NCBI GenBank assembly: GCA_020849475.1
Contig: JADLGE010000034.1
Coordinates: 21,286 to 85,285 of the forward strand
Reading direction: 5' to 3'
DNA length: 64,000 nt
Source of the DNA: Gammaproteobacteria bacterium
GTDB taxonomy: Bacteria > Pseudomonadota > Gammaproteobacteria > Ga0077536
Shown here: piece by piece, positions 44,918-53,750 of the stretch
Layout of the letters: each line of letters begins with the position of its first letter
Position numbering within the stretch: position 1 is the first letter of the stretch
Program-made: the position numbers and the translations under genes
The notes under the pieces: generated by a model
Told to the model about the DNA's origin: nothing
Databases searched by the model: none
What the model saw: only the letters and a program-made list of their open reading frames with translations

Positions 44918-46300
44918 ATGGCACACATTCGCAAATACACCGCCGACTACAGCCGCCGCAAATTTCTCGAGCAGACCGCCGCCGGTTTCTTCGGCGCAGG
45001 TGTGCTGGCGCCGGTGTGGAGCACCGCCGCCGAGAACGGCGACTTCACCAAGTCCTATCCCGCTGAACTGCTGTCCATCGAGGACTACACCAAGGGCGCG
45101 CTCAAAGCCGGCGACATCATCGACGCCAACAATGTCGACCTCGTGCAGGATCTCATCGACGGCGTGCGCTACATGCAGATCAAGCAGATGGGCCGCAAGA
45201 TCGAGTTGGTGCCATCCACCACCGAGATGACCAAGCTGAGTCCGGTCGAATACATCGAGGCAACCCTGCGCAACAAGGGCGTGGCGAAGTTCGACGCCGA
45301 TGGCAATGTGGTGACGCAGGACGGCAAGCCGTGGATAGGCGGCAATCCGTTTCCCGAGCCGACCAATGGCCTTGAGATCTTCGCCGGCGTCACCCTGAGC
45401 TGGGGCCGGCATGATGTGTCCTTCTACCCGGTCAAGAGCTTCGAGCTCGATGTCACTGGCAAGGTGCTCTACAACTACGAACTCGCGTGGTGTGAATTCG
45501 CGCCGACCGGACGTGTGGTGGTCGACCCCAAGCCCTATTGGCCCGGACATGAAGACCGGCTGCGTTACCAGTCGGTGTTCTTCACCATTCCCAATGACTA
45601 CAAGGGCACTTCGTTTCTCAACAGCTGGTATTACGACCAGCGCAAGTTTCCCGATCTGGACGGCTACCTGCCGCAGTTCAAGCGCGTGCGAAAATTCCCG
45701 ACCAACCAGCGTTTCGAGCCTTTGATTCCAGGTTCGAGCCTGTATCTGTCCGACGCCTGGACGGCGGGCGATCCGTATCTCACCTGGGGCAACTACAAGA
45801 TTATCGGCCGTGCGCCGTTCCTTGCGGGCCTGACCGAGAACTGGGATTCGGACGATGAGAACTGGGAAGGCAAGACCCACGGCGGGCCACTGGGCTCGAC
45901 GTTCTGGGACACCAAGGTCGAGCTCATTCCCGAAACCATCATCGTCGAGGCCGAGCCTACCGGCTACGCCCGTGCGCCCATCAGCAAAAAACGCGTGTGG
46001 TTCGATGCGCGCACCGGTCTGCCGGTATGCATGGTGACCTACGACCGCCGCGGCGAAATGTTCAAGTCCTTCGACGGCGCCTATTCGTTGTACGACAACA
46101 AGGGCAAGCAGGTCATGGACGGCGCCAACCCCTATTGGTCATGGACCCACGTGCACGCCCACGACGTGCAGACCAACCGCATGACGCGCCTGAAGCAGGT
46201 CAAGCGCATTGCTGGCGGTTACGAAATGTTCGTCAACCAGGGCGTCGAGGTGTACGACAAGTACCTGACCGTCGCGGCGTTGCGGCGCTTGGGAACCTGA
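44918..46300 (+). CDS. DUF1329-family (LolA-like, outer-membrane lipoprotein-sorting-fold) protein with twin-arginine leader
   Basis: ATG at 44918 follows GAGGGA. The leader MAHIRKYTADYSRRKFLEQTAAGFFGAGVLAPVWS carries the SRRxFLx Tat motif. The DUF1329 core includes GGNPFPEPTNGLEI. Confidence 0.8.
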   Translation: MAHIRKYTADYSRRKFLEQTAAGFFGAGVLAPVWSTAAENGDFTKSYPAELLSIEDYTKGALKAGDIIDANNVDLVQDLIDGVRYMQIKQMGRKIELVPSTTEMTKLSPVEYIEATLRNKGVAKFDADGNVVTQDGKPWIGGNPFPEPTNGLEIFAGVTLSWGRHDVSFYPVKSFELDVTGKVLYNYELAWCEFAPTGRVVVDPKPYWPGHEDRLRYQSVFFTIPNDYKGTSFLNSWYYDQRKFPDLDGYLPQFKRVRKFPTNQRFEPLIPGSSLYLSDAWTAGDPYLTWGNYKIIGRAPFLAGLTENWDSDDENWEGKTHGGPLGSTFWDTKVELIPETIIVEAEPTGYARAPISKKRVWFDARTGLPVCMVTYDRRGEMFKSFDGAYSLYDNKGKQVMDGANPYWSWTHVHAHDVQTNRMTRLKQVKRIAGGYEMFVNQGVEVYDKYLTVAALRRLGT

Positions 46301-46324
46301 CACGACGAAGCGCAGGCCTGGAAT

Positions 46325-46342
46325 GTGCGAATGACTTTGCAC
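46325..46342. repeat. Family-A REP copy
   Basis: GTGCGAATGACTTTGCAC flanked by GAAT...ATTC, between the convergent DUF1329 and uup genes. Confidence 0.65.
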
Positions 46343-46358
46343 ATTCAACGGGCCGAAC

Positions 46359-48287
46359 TCACACCCCGTCGCGCTGCAGCGTCTCCAATTCGTCCCAGCG
46401 CTCCATGGCTGCATCCAGCGCTTCGCGCCTGGCGGCCAGGGCATCGAGCACGGGCTGAATTTCTTCAAACGGCCGGCCGTAGAAGTCCTCGGCCGAGGAT
46501 TCTTTCTCGAGCGCCGTAATCTCACTCTCTATCGCTTCGATGCGCGCCGGCAGTTGGTCGAGTTCCAACTGCAGTTTGTAGCTGAGCTTGCCCGCGCGCT
46601 TCGGCGCTTCATTGGTCGCTGCAGCAGCGACTGCCTTGGGGGATGCCTCACGCCTTGGCGCCGTGTCACGGGTCGGCAGCGGTTCATCCTTGGCCGCCAG
46701 GCGCTTGCCCTGCCGCAGCCAGTCCGAATAGCCGCCCGGGTAGCGCAACACCTCGCCGTTCTCTTCAAACACCAGGGTGCTGGTCACGACGTTGTCCCGA
46801 AACGCGCGATCGTGGCTGACCACGATGATGGTGCCCTGGTAGTCAGCCAGCTGCTCTTCCAGTACTTCCAGGGTCTCGACGTCGAGATCGTTGGTCGGCT
46901 CGTCGAGAATCATGAGATTGGTCGGGCGCGTGAAGAGCTTGGCCAGGATCACGCGATTGCATTCGCCGCCCGACAGAAAGCCCACCGGCGTCATGGCGCG
47001 CTTGGCGCTGAACAAGAAGCCGCGCAGATAGCCGACCACGTGCACCTCGCGGCCATTGACGATGACGTGGTCGCGACCGTCGCCCACCACTTCGGCCACG
47101 GTCTTGTTAGGGTCGAGCTGTTGACGAAGCTGATCGAAGTAGCCGATTTCGAGATGCTCGCCGAATTTGATCGAACCCTCGCTGGGCTCGAGTTTGCCCA
47201 GCAGCAGGCGCAGCAACGTACTCTTGCCGACGCCGTTGTTGCCTATCATGCCGATGCGCTCTCCGCGCATGATCTTGACCGACAGCTCCTTGATGATGGG
47301 CGTGTCGCCATAGGCATAGGAGATCTTGCGCGCTTCGACCACGCGGCGACTCGAGCGCTCAGCTTCCTGCACGGCAATCTTCGCGCGCCCCTCGCGCTTG
47401 TTGCGGCCGGCAAATTCGACGCGCATGCGCTCGAGCGCCCGCACCCGTCCTTCGTTGCGCGTGCGCCGCGCCTTGATGCCCTGGCGTATCCACACCTCTT
47501 CTTCAGCGAGCTTCTTGTCGAACAGCGCGTTCTGGCGCGACTCGGCCTCGAGCGTCGCTTCCTTCAATTCGAGATAACGCTGGTAATCGCCGGGCCAGCT
47601 TTTCAGCTGGCCGCGATCGATATCGACGATGCGCGTCGCCAGCGCCTGCAGGAAAGCGCGGTCGTGGGTGATGAACAACACGCTGCCCTTGAATGCGCGG
47701 ATGCGTTTCTCCAGCCATTCAATTGCAGCGAGATCAAGATGGTTGGTGGGCTCGTCGAGCAACAGGATGTCGGGTTGACTGACCAGCGCACGGGCCAGGC
47801 ACACGCGTCGCTGCCAGCCGCCGGAGAGTTCCGCGAGCCGCCGTTCGCCGGGCAGATCCAGCGCCGTGATCACGGACGCAATCTGCGACTCGACGTCCCA
47901 GCCGCCGTGAGCTTCGATGTCGCGATGCAGTGCTTCCACGGCGCGCATGCCGTCTTCGTCAAGGGCGCTGGCGGTGAGCTCGCTGTAACGCTTGATGAGA
48001 TTGATGTGGGTGGCCAATCCATCCGCCACGAAATCATGCACCGAAATCTCAAGGTCGCCCGGCAGCGTCTGCTCGAGCTGCGCGATGTGCACATCGCCAT
48101 GACGCCGGATCGCGCCGCTGTCGGGGATTACCGCGCCGGTGATGACTTTGAACAGCGTCGATTTGCCTGCGCCATTGCGGCCAATCAGGCACACCCGTTC
48201 ACCGGCTTCGAGCGTGAAGTCGGCGTGGTCGAAGATCAGCTGATCGCCGAAGTCGAGATTGATGTCGTTGAGCGTGAGCAGGGACAT
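46359..48287 (-). CDS. uup: ABC-F family ATPase Uup
   Basis: 642 aa, colinear with E. coli Uup. It has two ABC cassettes (GRNGAGKST, GNNGVGKST, two LSGG signatures), a linker EEVWIRQGIKARRTRNEGRVRAL identical to that in E. coli, and a C-terminal coiled coil KLSYKLQLELDQLP. Confidence 0.9.
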   Translation of the reverse strand: MSLLTLNDINLDFGDQLIFDHADFTLEAGERVCLIGRNGAGKSTLFKVITGAVIPDSGAIRRHGDVHIAQLEQTLPGDLEISVHDFVADGLATHINLIKRYSELTASALDEDGMRAVEALHRDIEAHGGWDVESQIASVITALDLPGERRLAELSGGWQRRVCLARALVSQPDILLLDEPTNHLDLAAIEWLEKRIRAFKGSVLFITHDRAFLQALATRIVDIDRGQLKSWPGDYQRYLELKEATLEAESRQNALFDKKLAEEEVWIRQGIKARRTRNEGRVRALERMRVEFAGRNKREGRAKIAVQEAERSSRRVVEARKISYAYGDTPIIKELSVKIMRGERIGMIGNNGVGKSTLLRLLLGKLEPSEGSIKFGEHLEIGYFDQLRQQLDPNKTVAEVVGDGRDHVIVNGREVHVVGYLRGFLFSAKRAMTPVGFLSGGECNRVILAKLFTRPTNLMILDEPTNDLDVETLEVLEEQLADYQGTIIVVSHDRAFRDNVVTSTLVFEENGEVLRYPGGYSDWLRQGKRLAAKDEPLPTRDTAPRREASPKAVAAAATNEAPKRAGKLSYKLQLELDQLPARIEAIESEITALEKESSAEDFYGRPFEEIQPVLDALAARREALDAAMERWDELETLQRDGV

Positions 48288-48358
48288 GGTGGCGGTCTGT
48301 CGGGCGTGCGGCGGGTGGCGGGACTCCGCGCCGCCGTGGTCCGGCGGCGCAGGGCAGA

Positions 48359-48664
48359 TTAGAGGCTGAGATCGGTGCCGTTGAAGAACACTTTACGCCA
48401 GCGCTGGATTTCGACTTTCTCGAACACCCCGGCGAGAGTGAACGGATCGTTGGCAATGAGCTGTTCGGCTTCGGCGCGCTCGTCGGTGTCGAGGATGATC
48501 ATGCCGCCCTTGCCGACGCTGCCGTCGTCATTCAGGAAGCCGCCGGCGGCGAGGATGCGTGAAGTGTAGCCGCGCAGATAGTCCAGGTGCGCGGCGCGCG
48601 TCGCGGCGCGCAGCTCCGCGGCGTCGGGCTTGTCGGTGGTGCGAATCATGTAAGGCATGGTCAA
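48359..48664 (-). CDS. YciI-like protein
   Basis: 101 aa. RAAHLDYLRGY...GGFLNDDGSVGKGGMIILDTDERAEAEQLIANDPF is the YCII pattern. Confidence 0.7.
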   Translation of the reverse strand: MTMPYMIRTTDKPDAAELRAATRAAHLDYLRGYTSRILAAGGFLNDDGSVGKGGMIILDTDERAEAEQLIANDPFTLAGVFEKVEIQRWRKVFFNGTDLSL

Positions 48665-48676
48665 AGACTCCGTTGT

Positions 48677-49261
48677 TCAGGGCGCGAGCACGGTCGCGCT
48701 CTTGATGACGATGGGCTGCGCCGGCACATCGGTCATCGGCCCGACGCTGGTGGTGGTGGCAGCGGCAATCTTGTCGACCACTTCCATGCCGTCCGTGACA
48801 TGGCCGAACACCGCGTAGCCGAAGCCGGCTGGCGCATCGCTTTGATGATCGAGAAAATCATTGCCGGTCAGATTGATGAAGAACTGCGCGGTGGCGCTGT
48901 CCGGTTCGCCGCGGCGCGCCATGGCGATGGTGCCACGTTCGTTCTTGAGGCCGTTGCCGGCTTCATTCTTGATGGTGCCGCGGGTTTCCTTCTGATCGAG
49001 CGTAGCGGTGAAGCCGCCACCCTGGATCATGAAATTCGGGATGACGCGATGAAACACCGTGCCGTTGTAGAAGCCGGCCTTTACGTACTCGAGGAAATTG
49101 GCGACCGACACCGGCGCGTCCTTGGCCGCGAGCTCGATGGTGATCTTGCCTTCGGAAGTCTCCAGCAGCACGCGCGGATTGGCGGCGCCGTTATCGGCGG
49201 CATGCACCGCGCCGCTGGCGAGGGCGAACATCAGCACTATCAGACGAGCAAACATGGGCAA
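48677..49261 (-). CDS. ppiA: Periplasmic cyclophilin-type peptidyl-prolyl cis-trans isomerase
   Basis: Signal peptide followed by [47 protein letters not shown]. Confidence 0.9.
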   Translation of the reverse strand: MPMFARLIVLMFALASGAVHAADNGAANPRVLLETSEGKITIELAAKDAPVSVANFLEYVKAGFYNGTVFHRVIPNFMIQGGGFTATLDQKETRGTIKNEAGNGLKNERGTIAMARRGEPDSATAQFFINLTGNDFLDHQSDAPAGFGYAVFGHVTDGMEVVDKIAAATTTSVGPMTDVPAQPIVIKSATVLAP

Positions 49262-49351
49262 TCTCCAGGCAGAAGTGGACAGGGGCAGAAAGCCATCACG
49301 GCCTGACGGCCTGCTGGCGGGGTGAATAGCGCAGGCCGGTCAAGCCGGCGC

Positions 49352-50134
49352 TCATGGCTCTGGCGCCGTGCGTCGCAGAAATACCGGTGCCTCGGGCGTC
49401 GAGCTGGCCGCGTCGTAAGCATAGCCACCGCTCGTGAAGTCCAGCAGGTCGGCGTGCTTGCGGCAGCGTCGCTCGAGCATATAACGCACCATCATGCCGC
49501 GCGCGCGCTTGGCAAAGAAACTCAGGATGCGGTACTCGCCGCGAGCCCAGTCCTTGAACACCGGCGTGATGACAGTCAGCCCCAGCGCCTGCTGGTCGAC
49601 CGCGCGGAAATATTCCTGCGAGGCAAGGTTGACCAGCAGCTTGGTGCGCAGTTGGCGCGCCTGTTCGGCCAGGGCGCGGGCCGGCGTATCGGCCCAGTAA
49701 GCATAAAGATTGCCGCCACGGGGGTTCTTGAGACGAGTGCCCATCTCCAGGCGATAGGGCTGGATGTTGTCCAGCGGTCGCAGCAGGCCGTAAAGCCCCG
49801 ACAGAATGCGCAGATGGGTTTGCGCGTAGTCGAGCTCGCGCGTCGTCAGTGTGTCGGCGTCCAGGCCTTGATAGACATCGCCGCGGAACGCGAACAGCGC
49901 TGGCCGCACGCTTGCGGGCGGCGGTGTGACGGACCATTCCTGAAAGCGCGCATGGTTGAGCGTCGCGAGGTCGTCGCTGATCGACATCAGCGATTTCAAT
50001 TGCGCGGGCTTCTTGCGCGCCATGAGGGTCGCCAGCGCCGCGGCTTCGCCCAGGAACTCAGGTTCGGTGGCCTTGGCCGTCAGCGCGCGGCATTCGAAAT
50101 CCAGGGTTTTGGCAGGCGAGATGACGGCGAGCAT
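49352..50134 (-). CDS. yaaA: Peroxide stress protein YaaA (UPF0246)
   Basis: MLAVISPAKTLDF... matches the conserved YaaA start and the length is right (260 aa). Confidence 0.85.
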   Translation of the reverse strand: MLAVISPAKTLDFECRALTAKATEPEFLGEAAALATLMARKKPAQLKSLMSISDDLATLNHARFQEWSVTPPPASVRPALFAFRGDVYQGLDADTLTTRELDYAQTHLRILSGLYGLLRPLDNIQPYRLEMGTRLKNPRGGNLYAYWADTPARALAEQARQLRTKLLVNLASQEYFRAVDQQALGLTVITPVFKDWARGEYRILSFFAKRARGMMVRYMLERRCRKHADLLDFTSGGYAYDAASSTPEAPVFLRRTAPEP

Positions 50135-50209
50135 GAGCAGCGGCGATGACGGTAAACGACTGGTATTGTCGTGATTTACGCCAGACTTGGGAAGCCGCGG
50201 CGCATGGCC

Positions 50210-50902
50210 TCAGTCAATCTCAAGGCGATAGCCGATACCGTAAACGGCGTGAATCACCGGTTGGCCCGGCAGCGCCACTTCAATCTTGCGGCGCAGATTC
50301 TTGACGTGGCTGTCGATGGTGCGATCAGAGATCTCGCGGTAATCGTCGTAGACCAGATCGAGCAATTCGTCGCGGCGATAGACCCGGCCCGGGTGGCGCA
50401 GCAGTGTCGCCAGCAACCGGTATTCGACCGGCGTGAGGTCGAGGCGTTGACCGTTGACGGTGGCGCGCATGCGCTGCTCGTCGATTTCGAAGCGCGGCGT
50501 GCCGCCATTGCCGGCCACCTGCGGCGCACTGCGCCGAAGCACGGCCTTGACCCGGGCCACCAGTTCGCGCGGGCTGAAGGGCTTGCACAGGTAGTCATCC
50601 GCGCCGAGTTCCAAGCCCAGCAGCCGATCGATTTCCTCGGCACGCGCGGTCAGCATGATGACCGGCAAAGTGCTGCTCTGGCGTAGCTCACGGCAGATGC
50701 TCATGCCATCGCGATGGGGCAGCATCACGTCCAGCACCAGCGCCGCCGGCGCGAGGCGCGCCACCGCCGGCAAGACGTCCATGCCGTCGCTGACCACGCT
50801 CACCTGCATGCCGGCGGCGCCCAGGTAGTCGGCCACCAGGGCGGCAATTTTCGGCTCATCTTCAGCGACCAGGATATGGGTGTGCATGGCTGTGTCCGTC
50901 AT
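50210..50902 (-). CDS. OmpR-family response regulator, BaeR-like
   Basis: ILVAEDEPKIAALVADYL...LVLDVMLPHRDGMSICRELR...PVIMLTARAEEIDRLLGLELGADDYLCKPFSPRELVARVKAVLRR closely parallels E. coli BaeR. It has a winged-helix C-terminus and shares an ATGA overlap with the kinase. Confidence 0.85.
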   Translation of the reverse strand: MTDTAMHTHILVAEDEPKIAALVADYLGAAGMQVSVVSDGMDVLPAVARLAPAALVLDVMLPHRDGMSICRELRQSSTLPVIMLTARAEEIDRLLGLELGADDYLCKPFSPRELVARVKAVLRRSAPQVAGNGGTPRFEIDEQRMRATVNGQRLDLTPVEYRLLATLLRHPGRVYRRDELLDLVYDDYREISDRTIDSHVKNLRRKIEVALPGQPVIHAVYGIGYRLEID

Positions 50903-52326
50903 TGCACCAGAGGCAAATGAATGTGGATGGCGAGGCCGCCGAGCGATGCCGCCTTGGCTTCGATGCGTCCGCCGTGGGCGGTGACGATGCGTTTGCAGAT
51001 GGCAAGGCCGAGCCCCGAGCCACCGTGGGTGCGACTGCGCGAACGCTCGGCGCGGTGCAAGGGTTCGAACAACAGCGGCAATTCATCCGCGACGACGCCC
51101 GGGCCACTGTCGGCGATGATCAATTCGGCTTCACCGTTCACGCGCCGTGCCGTGATCTCGATGCGCCCCGGCGCGTCGGTGTAGCGGCTCGAATTCTCGA
51201 ACAGATTTTCCAGCAATTGCAGGATGCGCCGACTGTCGACATGCGCGCACAGATCAGCGTCGATGTCATGGGCATATTGAATGCCCGATTGCTGCCAGCG
51301 GTGGGCAAAGTGGCTCACGCACTCGGTCAGCAAGGCGCCCAGCGAGGCGCGTGAAAATTCATAATCGAGCGCGCCGATATCGGCGCGCGCCAGTTGATAA
51401 AGATCATCAACCAGATGGGCGAGGCGCGCTGTTTCCTGGCTCAAGGATTCCACCAAGGCCGCATTGATCGGACGGATGCCGTCGCTGGCCGCTTCGAGTT
51501 CACCGCGCATGATGGTGAGTGGCGTGCGCAGTTCATGGGAAACATCGGCGAACCAGCGGCGGCGCGCCGACTCGTTGTCTTCGAGGGTGCGGGCCAGCAC
51601 GTTGAAGTCGTCGACCAGGGTGCCGATTTCGTCATTGGAATGGGCCGCCAGCCGCGTTTCGAAATGGCCGGAGGCGAGCGCGCGGGCGCCCGCGCCCAGC
51701 TCGATGATAGGGCGCGACTGACGGCGCGCGAGCCACGCCGCGACCAGCAGCGACAGCACCATCGCGACCAATGCGCCGCCCAATACCATGCGCCCGAGGC
51801 GTCGCGCAAAGCGCACGTCGCGCGCATCGGCGGGGTTACGCAGCGGCGGCATGCCGACATAGGCGAGGGTGCGGCCGTCTTCGCTGATCGGATGCAGGCG
51901 CAGGTCGTTACGGTAAGGCGTGGCGCCGACGATGATGCGAAAGTCAGTGTCGTAAAGCGTGGCGTCAATATGCGGCCCGCCGAACAAATTTCGAGGGCCA
52001 CGACCACCATGTGCGCCGTCGTGCATGTGCAAGGGCGGCGGCGGTGCAGGCCGCTCATCGTCCAGCACGGTGGGCCGCATCGCTTCGCGCAGCAGGCGGC
52101 GCCACGCGCGTCCGTCGTCACGTAACGACCGCCAGTCGCCGTCGCGGCCATGGATGACCAGCAGCTGTTCACTCAAGGCGCTCAGGCGCGCCTCGCGTTC
52201 ATCATTGAGATAGCGCAGGAAGCTGCGCTGCGCATACCAGTGGGCGAAGCTTGCGAACAACAGCAGGCTGCACACGCTGGTGCCGACCAGTACCAGGAAC
52301 AGTTTGTGGAATATCTTCAGTCGCAT
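50899..52326 (-). CDS. Sensor histidine kinase (two TM, HAMP, HisKA, HATPase_c), BaeS-like
   Basis: 475 aa. The H-box is FADVSHELRTPLT, the N-box is ENLFENSSRY, and the G-boxes are DSGPGV and GGSGLGLAICK. Confidence 0.85.
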   Translation of the reverse strand: MRLKIFHKLFLVLVGTSVCSLLLFASFAHWYAQRSFLRYLNDEREARLSALSEQLLVIHGRDGDWRSLRDDGRAWRRLLREAMRPTVLDDERPAPPPPLHMHDGAHGGRGPRNLFGGPHIDATLYDTDFRIIVGATPYRNDLRLHPISEDGRTLAYVGMPPLRNPADARDVRFARRLGRMVLGGALVAMVLSLLVAAWLARRQSRPIIELGAGARALASGHFETRLAAHSNDEIGTLVDDFNVLARTLEDNESARRRWFADVSHELRTPLTIMRGELEAASDGIRPINAALVESLSQETARLAHLVDDLYQLARADIGALDYEFSRASLGALLTECVSHFAHRWQQSGIQYAHDIDADLCAHVDSRRILQLLENLFENSSRYTDAPGRIEITARRVNGEAELIIADSGPGVVADELPLLFEPLHRAERSRSRTHGGSGLGLAICKRIVTAHGGRIEAKAASLGGLAIHIHLPLVQ

Positions 52327-52372
52327 GGCCGTGACAATGATGGTGCGTCACGGGACAAGCACTCGGCAAGCG

Positions 52373-52414
52373 TTCTGCACACTCTGGCGCGCTTCTGCAC
52401 ATTCTCTCCATCAT
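52373..52414 (+). promoter_or_regulatory. Candidate BaeR-type operator upstream of the Spy/CpxP-like gene
   Basis: The direct repeat TTCTGCACA occurs at 52373-52381 and 52393-52401 (20-nt periodicity). It is immediately followed by TTCTCTCCATCAT (52402-52414), which resembles my recollection of the E. coli BaeR box core TTCTCCATDAT. Confidence 0.35.
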
Positions 52415-52551
52415 GTCTTCGTCATCGCCGACGGCTCTTCATTCTTGTTGCGTATTGCGCCGTGACACTGTGCACCGTCCGGACCCGTCGAGCGCGCGAC
52501 ACGCGTCGTCATCGCACGCAGGTCCATAGTCACCACTGCGAGGAACAAGAC

Positions 52552-52995
52552 ATGAAATCATCGAAATCTCACCGCTCCTGGTTGCTGAGCATCTGCCTGC
52601 TCTGTCTGCTCAGCCTTGGCACTTACGCGTGGGCCGGTCCCGGCGGCGCGGAGGGACCTTTCGGCCACGACCTGTTCTCAGCCGAACGTCTAGCGAGCGA
52701 CCTCGAGCTCAGCGATACCCAGCGCGCCGCCGTTGAGCAGTTGCTGGATGACACGCGCGCCAAGGCACGTCCTTACGTGCGCACCCTCATGGCTCAGCAC
52801 AAGGCCATGCGCGCCGTGGGCGAGGCCGACACCTTCGACGAGGCCGCGGCGCGCAGCCAGGCCGCGCAGGGCGCAGCCGCCATGACCGAGCTGGCGGTGA
52901 TACACGCGCGCAGTGGCTTCGAATTGCGTAAATTGCTGACGGTGGCGCAGCGCGAGAAGTTGCACGACATGCACGGCCGCCATCGTCACCGCTAA
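52552..52995 (+). CDS. Spy/CpxP-family periplasmic chaperone (LTxxQ motif protein)
   Basis: ATG at 52552 follows GAGGAA. It has a signal peptide, two LTxxQ-like motifs (LELSDTQRAAV, LLTVAQREKL) and a His-rich C-terminal tail. Confidence 0.75.
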   Translation: MKSSKSHRSWLLSICLLCLLSLGTYAWAGPGGAEGPFGHDLFSAERLASDLELSDTQRAAVEQLLDDTRAKARPYVRTLMAQHKAMRAVGEADTFDEAAARSQAAQGAAAMTELAVIHARSGFELRKLLTVAQREKLHDMHGRHRHR

Positions 52996-53073
52996 TGGAC
53001 TGAGTGGCTGACGGAAAAAGGATGCCCGGCGATGACGCGTGAGCGCCGCCGCCGGGCGTGAGTGGGAGAAGCG

Positions 53074-53547
53074 TTACTGCTTCACACCCTGCCAGATGAA
53101 CTGCGCCAGGCCGGTGATGGCGGAGTCCTTGTTGCCGGTCGCGGTGAAGGTGCTCTTGCCCTTGTCGAGCGCCATCGAGTCAACCGTGAAGGTTGTCGTC
53201 GGCTGGCCGGTCACGAACACCTTCATCGGAAAGGCCTTGACGGTGCAGGTCTTGCCGACAATCTCCATCTTGCCAGAGATGGTCGACGCGCCCACCGACG
53301 AGGTGCAGCTCGAGGACTTCTTGGCAAATGCGCCATTGTTGCCGACCACGACCTTACAGAACGTGGTGAACGACGCCTCCGAATGATTGACCGGATCGAA
53401 AGTGACGGTCGACAGACCGCTCACCAGCCATGTGCCTGCCAGATCCCGCTGCACGCATTCGGCCTGACTGGCAATCGAAGCGGTGCTGAGCAGGGCTGCC
53501 AGCGCATAGCGCGCCAGCGGTTTGTACGCGATGTTGTGGTTACGCAT
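53074..53547 (-). CDS. Small secreted hypothetical protein (157 aa, beta-rich, 4 Cys)
   Basis: ATG at 53547 has an AAGGAG RBS. The signal is ...AALLSTASIASQA. I recognised no family. Confidence 0.6.
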   Translation of the reverse strand: MRNHNIAYKPLARYALAALLSTASIASQAECVQRDLAGTWLVSGLSTVTFDPVNHSEASFTTFCKVVVGNNGAFAKKSSSCTSSVGASTISGKMEIVGKTCTVKAFPMKVFVTGQPTTTFTVDSMALDKGKSTFTATGNKDSAITGLAQFIWQGVKQ

Positions 53548-53750
53548 CGTAATCTCCTTGGTTTCCTGATCTAGGGTTTTTATGGCGCTGCCCGCTTGCC
53601 ATTGCAGCAAGCGATCAGCGTCAGGCTTAGCCTGGACCAGGCACCGCAGAGTGCGCTGTGAGAATACCCACCATGAATCGCCTCGCTGCGCACGAATTTC
53701 CATTCAACGTGAGATTTGCCACTAAAAGAATTCCAACTCACGCGCGCTCG

